From the IMG/VR virus record IMGVR_UViG_3300028299_000004: a stretch of DNA of 20,000 nucleotides; one strand, 5' to 3'. Position 1 is the first letter of the stretch, and each line of letters starts with the position of its first letter. This stretch comes from an uncultured virus (IMG/VR IMGVR_UViG_3300028299_000004) (taxonomy: Duplodnaviria > Heunggongvirae > Uroviricota > Caudoviricetes). The translations under genes were made by a program, and so were the position numbers. The notes under the pieces are model-generated. The model saw only the letters and a program-made list of their open reading frames with translations, did not search any database and was not told the origin of the DNA. Of the stretch, positions 10,132 to 17,329 are shown in pieces.

Positions 10132-10133
10132 AT

Positions 10134-11198
10134 TTATTTTAATTCATTTTTTATTGTATCGTATACAGTTTTATTATTATATTTTATTCTTATTAATTTT
10201 ATATTATTATTTTTACAATATTTATTTTTTATTTTATCATTATTTTTTATATATAAAAACCCCTTGTCACCATCCCAATATTTGATGGGTTCAAAATGTT
10301 GTATTCCATCATATTCTATACATATATTATATTCTGGTAAATAAAAATCAAAAGGTAATGGTATTTTGTTACAACAGTCATAAAATCTTTTTTCAGATTC
10401 ATATTTTATATTTTCGTTATCTAATATATTCATTATCTCCATTTCCCCCCTACTATTTCTACAATATGGACATCCATTTTTATAATATGATGGTTTTTGT
10501 TCAAATATCCCATGAATAGGGCATATTATTTTTACTTTATGAAAACCATTATTACCATATTCAACTAGACTATAATCATATTTATTTCCATGTATACTTT
10601 TAGATTTTTTTATAAATTCTTCAGTATTTGATCTACATCTAATACTTTTATTGATATTATCACATTTTCTACATCCACGATGATTTAAATGTAAATATGG
10701 TTTTTGTTCAAAAATTCCATGAATAGGACATACTATTTTTACTTTTTTATGACTTGATTTATAATCAATCAAACTATAATCATATTTATTACCATGAGTT
10801 TCTATAGCTCTTTTTGTGAATTCTTGTTTTGTAAATCTTTTTTTATCATCACTACATTTTTTACAACCATTTTTAAGATGTTTGTTAGATACTTGATGAA
10901 ATATTCCATGAATAGGGCATATTATTTTTATACGTGAATATCTATTTTCATATCTCATCAATGAATAATCATATTTATTATTGTGTATTTTATTAAATCT
11001 TTTTATAAGATTATTTTTATTTTTACATTTGATACATCCATTTTTTATATGTGAATGAGGAGTTTGTTCAAATATACCATGTTCTAAACATATTATCTCA
11101 ATATTATCCCTAGTATTTTTATATTCAACTAATGAATAATCATATTTATCATTATGGATTTTTTTAAATTTTTCAATGATTGATGAGGTAGTATACAT
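10134..11198 (-). CDS. Putative homing endonuclease: four Zn-binding repeats + C-terminal DUF559/Vsr-like PD-(D/E)XK domain
   Basis: Four repeats of HxxKYDYSL..Y....I+CPIHGIFEQ.P..H...GCxxC, then SRGE..I..L and LPFDFYLPEYNICIEYDGIQHF..D..KN.YC....I.LIRI. Confidence 0.8.
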   Translation of the reverse strand: MYTTSSIIEKFKKIHNDKYDYSLVEYKNTRDNIEIICLEHGIFEQTPHSHIKNGCIKCKNKNNLIKRFNKIHNNKYDYSLMRYENRYSRIKIICPIHGIFHQVSNKHLKNGCKKCSDDKKRFTKQEFTKRAIETHGNKYDYSLIDYKSSHKKVKIVCPIHGIFEQKPYLHLNHRGCRKCDNINKSIRCRSNTEEFIKKSKSIHGNKYDYSLVEYGNNGFHKVKIICPIHGIFEQKPSYYKNGCPYCRNSRGEMEIMNILDNENIKYESEKRFYDCCNKIPLPFDFYLPEYNICIEYDGIQHFEPIKYWDGDKGFLYIKNNDKIKNKYCKNNNIKLIRIKYNNKTVYDTIKNELK

Positions 11199-11254
11199 TA
11201 AGAATTTTATTTTTCTTTATATATAAAAACTAGTTAGTTAATATTTAAAAAAAC

Positions 11255-11282
11255 AAAAGTCGGATATTTTTATCCGACTTTT
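11255..11282. terminator. Intrinsic terminator hairpin
   Basis: aaaagtcggata-tttt-tatccgactttt, downstream of the minus-strand ORF ending at 11366. Confidence 0.75.
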
Positions 11283-11365
11283 TTTAAAGTGATGAATAGT
11301 ATGACTTACTAAAACAATAAATAAAAATTTTTTAGTTGATTTTAAACAACATTATCTGGCAACTG

Positions 11366-12196
11366 TCAATTTTGAACTTGTTGAGGTTCAGTTTGTTGTA
11401 CACATTCATCCCCATCTCCTTGTTCATCAACCAAAACACTCTCTAATTTTTTAGAGGTTTGTCGTTTCGGTTTTTTTTCATCATCTTTATTTTTAATATC
11501 ATTTAATCTTTGTCTAACTCTTTTTTCTACTTGTTCTTCAATAAATGACTCAATTTCAGTCATTTCCTTTTCAATAGACTTGGAATCAACATCAAATTCA
11601 TCAAATGGATTTTTTCCATATTTTTTACATCCACTAGACGAATCCCAAGGTTTTTTACCTCTTTTAGAAAAAGGGTCGGTTTCAATTCTTTTTATTTTTG
11701 TTGATTTTCTTATTTTTACAATAGTTTCATCAATTAATATATCAATAAGAAGACAATTAAAATCAATAAATCTAGTAAAACTATCATATACTGATTCATT
11801 ATCCATATACATTTTAAATATAGAATCATAATCTTTATATAAAAGATATATTTTAATTCTTTCCCTATATTCTTCTTTGGATTTTAGTGATTCTTTCAAA
11901 TCAATATACTCATTTTTTAATCTAAAATATTTGTTTATAAGAGAATGACTAACATTATTTTTTCTACATTCTTTTATAAGATGTTTTGATAAGTAACCCG
12001 CTTTCTTGTATGATGTTAATTTGAAGAATGTTTCCTCTTGTTTTTCTGTAAGTGGATATACCGCGAGTAGTTTAGCGTAGTGTTTTTTAGACTTCACGGG
12101 CATAGATTCCATCTTTTTGATAATAGAATAATTATTATCAATAATTATATTGAATATAGGCCATGTAGTATTTTCTTGTACTCTTCTGAATTTCAT
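11366..12196 (-). CDS. Hypothetical protein (276 aa)
   Basis: Long ORF with ATGA overlap with the upstream ORF; charged, coiled-coil-like C-terminus; no family recognised. Confidence 0.7.
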   Translation of the reverse strand: MKFRRVQENTTWPIFNIIIDNNYSIIKKMESMPVKSKKHYAKLLAVYPLTEKQEETFFKLTSYKKAGYLSKHLIKECRKNNVSHSLINKYFRLKNEYIDLKESLKSKEEYRERIKIYLLYKDYDSIFKMYMDNESVYDSFTRFIDFNCLLIDILIDETIVKIRKSTKIKRIETDPFSKRGKKPWDSSSGCKKYGKNPFDEFDVDSKSIEKEMTEIESFIEEQVEKRVRQRLNDIKNKDDEKKPKRQTSKKLESVLVDEQGDGDECVQQTEPQQVQN

Positions 12197-12516
12197 ATAT
12201 GTTCCCTCATTAAAAATTCTGGATATTCATATTCTAAATTTGAAATATAGTCATCATAATTGAAATCTAATTTATTGGAGTTGTACTCATCGGAGTAAAC
12301 CCAAAAGTATAAATAATCAAATTTCTTTCTTTCAACAATTCCTGTATCACTATCAATATGATAATAACCTATTCTTTTTAGTTTGTTTCTAAAATCTAGA
12401 TATTTTTTTATATCATATTCTTTTGATTTTACATAAAAATATAAAACCATATTAACACCATCTTTTCTTATTAATTGTGGTAATGAATCACTATAATATG
12501 GATACTTTTTACACAT
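12193..12516 (-). CDS. Hypothetical protein (107 aa)
   Basis: ORF preceded by TTTTTATATATTTG (12521-12534) and coupled to the next ORF. Confidence 0.65.
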   Translation of the reverse strand: MCKKYPYYSDSLPQLIRKDGVNMVLYFYVKSKEYDIKKYLDFRNKLKRIGYYHIDSDTGIVERKKFDYLYFWVYSDEYNSNKLDFNYDDYISNLEYEYPEFLMREHI

Positions 12517-12594
12517 AAATCAAATATATAAAAAATAAAAGAATAAAAAAAATTTTTTTGAAAAACATTGTCTGTTATTCATTATATATTGGAT

Positions 12595-12753
12595 ATGAGA
12601 TATAAATTACCAGAAGAAGAGAAGAAGAAGAAAATTTCCATAACAATGGATAAGAAGTTGAATGAGTTGTTGGAAAAATATTTAAAATTAATTGGTGTGA
12701 ATAGATCAAAGTTTATTGAACATCTGATAAGGAATAAAAAAACCCCCGATTAG
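12595..12753 (+). CDS. Small ribbon-helix-helix (CopG/Arc-like) DNA-binding protein, 52 aa
   Basis: ATG at 12595 gives MRYKLPEEEKKKKISITMDKKLNELLEKYLKLIGVNRSKFIEHLIRNKKTPD. Alternating ISIT strand, helix and G.NRS.FIE.LI are the RHH pattern. TATATA at 12583-12588 favours this start over TTG 12568. Confidence 0.75.
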   Translation: MRYKLPEEEKKKKISITMDKKLNELLEKYLKLIGVNRSKFIEHLIRNKKTPD

Positions 12754-12767
12754 GGGGTTTTTTTATT
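12733..12767. terminator. Bidirectional intrinsic terminator
   Basis: aataaaaaaaccccc-gatta-gggggtttttttatt between convergent genes, with T-tracts on both strands. Confidence 0.85.
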
Positions 12768-12790
12768 TTTAGAATATCTTTTGATTTATT

Positions 12791-13405
12791 TTATTCAAAT
12801 AGACTATCTGTACTTGTTTGTTTATTTTTTAAATTTTCTATTGACTCATCACTTATAAGATTAATAAGATTTTGAATCTCCTCGGATGAACTAAAAACAA
12901 TCAAAACCTGATCATATGTCATATATCTATTTGATGATGATTCTAATTCACCGCTATTAATAATTATCAAATATTTAATGTCACCATTTTTAGATTCAAG
13001 AACACGAAATTTATATGTTGGTTTAACACTACTATCAAAATGCCAATCACGGCTATAAGATAACCAATATCCTTTGAAATTTTGATCAACTATTACAAAA
13101 TCCTTAGAAATATCGTTAACATTATTAGATTTTGCAATATTAACCCACTCATTATACTTTTTTTGAATTTCAGTTAAATTAGAAATAAATGTAGATCGTT
13201 GATTCTTATTGATTATAAGACCAGATTTGGAATTTGGTGTCTCACCAGCTCCAGCTAGATACAAACTCCCATTTTCTATTGAATATTCAACAGTAAATTC
13301 ATTTTCACCTGAAAAATAAGATGACTTATAAGTTCCTAGTAATTCTTGTGCGTTTAGGCTGACTGCACAAATCAGCATCATAACCATTACTAAAATTTTC
13401 TTCAT
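12791..13405 (-). CDS. Secreted/periplasmic protein with Sec signal peptide (204 aa)
   Basis: MKKILVMVMMLICAVSLNA|QEL is a classic n/h/c-region signal with Gln at +1. Confidence 0.8.
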   Translation of the reverse strand: MKKILVMVMMLICAVSLNAQELLGTYKSSYFSGENEFTVEYSIENGSLYLAGAGETPNSKSGLIINKNQRSTFISNLTEIQKKYNEWVNIAKSNNVNDISKDFVIVDQNFKGYWLSYSRDWHFDSSVKPTYKFRVLESKNGDIKYLIIINSGELESSSNRYMTYDQVLIVFSSSEEIQNLINLISDESIENLKNKQTSTDSLFE

Positions 13406-13445
13406 AATTTTTTTTTGATTTTTGTTTATAATTTGGTTTGAATTA

Positions 13446-13477
13446 CAAAGATACGAATAATTATTTTTCTGTACAAA
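13446..13477 (-). promoter_or_regulatory. Bacteroidota sigma-A type promoter (-33 TTTG, -7 TAnnTTTG)
   Basis: Minus strand TTTG (13477-13474), 20-nt spacer, TATCTTTG (13453-13446), 40 nt upstream of ATG 13405. Confidence 0.75.
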
Positions 13478-13480
13478 AAA

Positions 13481-13495
13481 TTTAATATATAAATA
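13481..13495 (+). promoter_or_regulatory. Putative late promoter TTTAATATATAAATA
   Basis: Contains the recurring TATATA motif and an exact T4 late TATAAATA (13488-13495), 16 nt upstream of ATG 13512. Confidence 0.55.
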
Positions 13496-13511
13496 AAATA
13501 AAATAATAAGA

Positions 13512-14162
13512 ATGAGATACCTAAAGTTATACGAGGAATATCAATTATCTTTAAATGAACAGTTTATAATAGATGATATTCTAAATGAGGGTCTTAAAGA
13601 TAAAGTTGTTTCATATTTAAAGAAAGGTGCTTTAACCATAACTATTTTATTGTCATTATTGGGTAGTGTAAGTGGTTCAGAAAAACAAGAAATTTTACAA
13701 TTAGTAAAACAAGAAAATCCTGAGTTGTATCAACAAGTAGTTGGTGAAGAAGAAGATGTTAAAGAACAAATTGATAAATTCATAATTGATAAATCACCAA
13801 ACAAAGATATAGAAATAATGGATGTTATTAAGAATGAGATTACGGATCTTAAAAATTATTTATGGTATAATAATCCTAAATTATATTCAAGAAATGTTAA
13901 AAAGGCCATTAAATTAGCTAGAACACAAGATGATGTGATTTTCCTAAAGAATTTACTAGGATATCAAGAATGTGAATGGAAAGATGGTGTTTATAGAATA
14001 AAAAAGGATAGATCATATAAAAAAACTTATCCATCAAATTATTATAGAAGATCTGTCTCACCATCCGTTACTAGACCATCTTATTATCATTCACCTTATA
14101 TAAATCGTTATCGTTATTATACCCCAAGTTATCGGTATACCCCAAGTTATCGTCGGTATTAA
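13512..14162 (+). CDS. Putative head-packaged protein with propeptide, hydrophobic segment and Y/R/S/P-rich tail
   Basis: MRYLKLYEEY..SLNE..ILNE N-terminus, KKGALTITILLSLLGSVSG hydrophobic stretch, C-terminal YTPSYRYTPSYRRY. Confidence 0.7.
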   Translation: MRYLKLYEEYQLSLNEQFIIDDILNEGLKDKVVSYLKKGALTITILLSLLGSVSGSEKQEILQLVKQENPELYQQVVGEEEDVKEQIDKFIIDKSPNKDIEIMDVIKNEITDLKNYLWYNNPKLYSRNVKKAIKLARTQDDVIFLKNLLGYQECEWKDGVYRIKKDRSYKKTYPSNYYRRSVSPSVTRPSYYHSPYINRYRYYTPSYRYTPSYRRY

Positions 14163-14164
14163 CA

Positions 14165-14599
14165 TTATTTTCCATGTGAATCTAGAGCTTTCTTAGTTCT
14201 TTCTATTTCTCTTTTAGTGGCCTCTTTCTGAGTCATAGTACCGTTTAAAACCTCTAATTCATCAGCAAGTGTTTCATTATCAAGTTTTAGTTTATCAATA
14301 TCTCTATCCCATTCTCTTAAACTCCTCTCAATTTCTTCTTTAGATTTATTCTTACCATATAATTCTTCCATTACTTTATCGTAAACCTTTGGTTCTTTTT
14401 TCTCTAAACTATCTAGAAACATATCACTAAATCGAGGTTCTTCTGTTTTAACAATATATACAGCCCTATCAACCTGTTTATTTAAATCACCATTACATCC
14501 CATAAATATACTAGAAATTAATGCTGCACCTGTTGCGATTTTTCCAAATGTTCCAAGTTTTTCATTTAAAAATTCATCCATATATTTTAAATGTTCCAT
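14165..14599 (-). CDS. Putative head-packaged protein with propeptide and lipoprotein-like signal
   Basis: MEHLKYMDEFLNE followed by KLGTFGKIATGAALISSIFMGC (lipobox-like, Cys35); TTTATATATA at 14621-14630. Confidence 0.7.
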   Translation of the reverse strand: MEHLKYMDEFLNEKLGTFGKIATGAALISSIFMGCNGDLNKQVDRAVYIVKTEEPRFSDMFLDSLEKKEPKVYDKVMEELYGKNKSKEEIERSLREWDRDIDKLKLDNETLADELEVLNGTMTQKEATKREIERTKKALDSHGK

Positions 14600-14715
14600 A
14601 ACACACGATTATTTTTGAGGTATATATAAATTAAATAATTTTAAAAAATTCTAAAATAAACACAAAAATAACACTTTTTGACTTTCATAATTTACTATAT
14701 ACAAATAAAGAGTAT

Positions 14716-14877
14716 ATGGAAAAAATTATAACAAAGTCTAGATTTTCGATATCAGTTTCACCTGAAGTCTATAAAGAATTAGAACATATTAATAATAAGT
14801 CTAAATATATAGAAGAACTAATATATAATTATTTATTAGAGAAAAATGTGGAAGGTGTGGAGGATATAATAATATGA
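14716..14877 (+). CDS. Small ribbon-helix-helix-like protein, 53 aa (not in ORF track)
   Basis: Manual translation MEKIITKSRFSISVSPEVYKELEHINNKSKYIEELIYNYLLEKNVEGVEDIII*, with FSISV strand and NKSKYIEELI helix. The TGA overlaps the ATG of the next gene (ATGA 14874-14877). TTTACTATATAC upstream (14691-14702). Confidence 0.7.
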   Translation: MEKIITKSRFSISVSPEVYKELEHINNKSKYIEELIYNYLLEKNVEGVEDIII

Positions 14878-15803
14878 TACTAGATAAGAATGCTAATCTT
14901 AGAGTAAATCCAAATAATTATAAGTATTTGTTAGAATTGGGATATAATAATTTGAAATGTAATGAAATAATTAAAATTCCTGTTGAACATTTATCAGATG
15001 GTAGTGGTCATAAAATATTAGTTAAGTGTGATATTTGTGGCAAAGAAAAATATCTTCAATATCGTAGATATTTTAAAAGTTTTGATGTTGGTGGATATTA
15101 CGCTTGTAGTAATAAGTGTAATTTTGAAAAGAAAAGAGATAAACTTTTTTCAAAAGAAAGTAGAAAAAAAACGGAAAATACTGTTATGGAAAGATATGGT
15201 GTTAAAACCATAATGGATAGTAGTGAATTTAGAGAGAGATTGAAAAATATTTTTCTAGAAAAATATGGTGTAGAAAATCCAGCATTATTAGATAGTTCAA
15301 CAGAAAAAATGAAAAAAACAAATTTAGAAAGATATGGTGTTGATAATCCATCTAAATCCAATATTATAAAAATAAAAAAAGAAAATACATCATTAAAAAA
15401 ATATGGTGTTAAATATCATCTACAAAGTCCAGATCATATTAATATGTTTAAAAATATAAAAAAATACAAATCTACTGATTTATATTATCAAGGAACATTT
15501 GAATTAGATTTTTTGGAATATTGTGAAAATAATAATATATTGAAATATATAAATAATTATAGAAAAGGTGTAAAATATATTATTAATAATAAAGATAAGG
15601 TTTATTTTCCAGATTTTTTTATAGAAGATATTAATTTGATTATTGAAATCAAATCAACATATACATATAATGCTGATTATGAAAAAAATAAATTAAAAGA
15701 AAAATCTTGTAAAGATTTGGGATATAATTATATGTTTATAATTGACAAAAACTATGAAGAGTTTGATAATTTAATCAAAGAACAAAATCATACATCCATT
15801 TGA
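14874..15803 (+). CDS. Putative homing endonuclease: Zn finger + YGV repeats + TnsA-like PD-(D/E)XK domain
   Basis: VKCDICGKEK..YACSNKC; four ~23-aa (E/K)(R/K)YGV repeats; YQGTFELDFL..YFPDFFI..LIIEIKS nuclease motif. Confidence 0.8.
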   Translation: MILDKNANLRVNPNNYKYLLELGYNNLKCNEIIKIPVEHLSDGSGHKILVKCDICGKEKYLQYRRYFKSFDVGGYYACSNKCNFEKKRDKLFSKESRKKTENTVMERYGVKTIMDSSEFRERLKNIFLEKYGVENPALLDSSTEKMKKTNLERYGVDNPSKSNIIKIKKENTSLKKYGVKYHLQSPDHINMFKNIKKYKSTDLYYQGTFELDFLEYCENNNILKYINNYRKGVKYIINNKDKVYFPDFFIEDINLIIEIKSTYTYNADYEKNKLKEKSCKDLGYNYMFIIDKNYEEFDNLIKEQNHTSI

Positions 15804-16429
15804 TAGTAGTGGCAGACGATATATTCTGGCATTTCATCTAATTTTTTAAATGTTAATCCCAATGAATTCATTTTGAACACATACAAAAAATCGTGGCCGT
15901 AGCCGCTCGCCCATTTAATATGTTTTCCCCTTTCACCCAATAATCTAGGATGTTTGTGACTGATTGAACTTGTGCCTATGCTACCAAATCTAGTCTCAAC
16001 TTTTCTTATATGGAGTTTTTTAAATTCTTTATCAAGCGTCATTAAATCATCATAGTATACAAAATCCTCTTTCTCTAAATCAAATTGTTTTACAATTTTT
16101 TCTAAATGATTTTTTCCAATAACATCATCACTATCTAAGTAAGTTATAATATCACCTTCCGCGATGTCAAACGCGACGTTACGCATCCATCCAGAATATA
16201 GTGGTTGTTTATTTAATTTTATTAATTTTATATTATCAACTTTTCCCAAGAAATTATCTTCATATAATTTTATTGTTATTGGACACCCATCAGAAACTAT
16301 TATTAATTCTTTATTTTCATATGTTTGTTTTAGAAAACTTTTTACAGCTCTTAAAAATTTAGCTTCACGATTAGTCGCTGACCCTAGATAAGCACCTAGA
16401 TAACTCGCCATTATTACACTTACTTTCAT
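15788..16429 (-). CDS. Glycosyltransferase family 2 (GT-A fold)
   Basis: KVSVIMASY, RAVKSFLKQTYENKELIIVSDG, RNVA...AEGDIITYLDSDD (DxD) and late GHD motif. Confidence 0.9.
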   Translation of the reverse strand: MKVSVIMASYLGAYLGSATNREAKFLRAVKSFLKQTYENKELIIVSDGCPITIKLYEDNFLGKVDNIKLIKLNKQPLYSGWMRNVAFDIAEGDIITYLDSDDVIGKNHLEKIVKQFDLEKEDFVYYDDLMTLDKEFKKLHIRKVETRFGSIGTSSISHKHPRLLGERGKHIKWASGYGHDFLYVFKMNSLGLTFKKLDEMPEYIVCHYYQMDV

Positions 16430-16493
16430 AAATAATTTAAAATATTTTTTATTTATATAAAAATTTATTAGATTTGTTTATAAATTAAAAAAT

Positions 16494-17039
16494 ATGTTAT
16501 TATTAGACTATGTTTATAACAGTAGTGGACTTATTACTAGATTAGATTATCAAACCCTTTTACTATATCTAGGATTTTTATTAGTACCATTTATACTGTT
16601 ATTAATACCACTTGTTATAGACTTTCAAAAAATTTGGAATGATATAAAATATTATACTAGTTATTATCTATTTGGTAGTGTTTGTGTTTCATGGAAACAA
16701 TTACCAATTGGATTAAAACATATATTAAATGGGTTAGGATTTAGAGATATTCAAATAAGGAAAGTAAAAAGAATATCCTGGAAAAGTAGAAAAAAAATAA
16801 ATACAGAATTCTCTTATATTGTATACACAAGTGATACAAAATTTCAAATATATTATCAGTTGGATGGTGATGAATATAAATGGATGTTTTATAAAAGAAG
16901 TCACTTTGATAATAAACCAATTAGAATAAAAGACAACTATTATAAGATAATAGAAGTTATCAATGGTGAATTATTACTGAAAATAAGAAATAGATTCAAA
17001 ACTAGATTATCAGAAAATGGTGAATTAGTAATGAGTTAA
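16494..17039 (+). CDS. Putative membrane protein (181 aa)
   Basis: TLLLYLGFLLVPFILLLIPLVI transmembrane segment near the N-terminus; TAGATTTG (-7-like element) at 16469-16476. Confidence 0.7.
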   Translation: MLLLDYVYNSSGLITRLDYQTLLLYLGFLLVPFILLLIPLVIDFQKIWNDIKYYTSYYLFGSVCVSWKQLPIGLKHILNGLGFRDIQIRKVKRISWKSRKKINTEFSYIVYTSDTKFQIYYQLDGDEYKWMFYKRSHFDNKPIRIKDNYYKIIEVINGELLLKIRNRFKTRLSENGELVMS

Positions 17040-17057
17040 AAAAATAAAAGTGAAATA

Positions 17058-17234
17058 TTATTTCACCTCATTTAATTCATCTATTTTATAAAACCCATCA
17101 ACATTTCTAAATCTGAAGGATTTATCGTCTTTTTTATAACCAACGCACCAGACTCTCTTATCTACTTCAGATCCCATAATCCTGAGGACTATTGTTTTAT
17201 CAACACCCTCCACGGTATAATAACTTGTTTCCAT
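17058..17234 (-). CDS. Hypothetical protein, 58 aa (not in ORF track)
   Basis: METSYYTVEGVDKTIVLRIMGSEVDKRVWCVGYKKDDKSFRFRNVDGFYKIDELNEVK*, preceded by TTTAATATATA (17253-17263) and an A-rich leader. Confidence 0.65.
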   Translation of the reverse strand: METSYYTVEGVDKTIVLRIMGSEVDKRVWCVGYKKDDKSFRFRNVDGFYKIDELNEVK

Positions 17235-17280
17235 AAGTTTTTTTTTGTTTTTTATATATTAAAAAATTTTGTCTTAAAGA

Positions 17281-17311
17281 AAAAAATCTCCAAAGTATTT
17301 GGAGATTTTTT
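17281..17311. terminator. Intrinsic terminator after GIY-YIG gene
   Basis: aaaaaatctccaaa-gta-tttggagatttttt, 18 nt beyond the stop at 17330. Confidence 0.8.
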
Positions 17312-17329
17312 ATAATCTTTTTCACAATT

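Noticed and set aside
11283..11365. Intergenic gaps inspected for tRNA or structured ncRNA
   Set aside because: No cloverleaf, T-loop motif or GC-rich paired structure beyond simple terminators was seen here or in the other gaps.
12751..12753. Possible TAG reassignment (code 15, as in some huge Bacteroidota phages), since TAG stops are rare here
   Set aside because: All long genes are intact under code 11 with no TAG-fragmented ORFs; rarity of TAG fits the low GC content.
17298..17317. Minus-strand GATTATAAAAAATCTCCAAA weakly resembling the thyA 3' end (DYQSHPN) as a second remnant
   Set aside because: Only about 15/20 identity in AT-rich sequence, and it is explained by the terminator hairpin.
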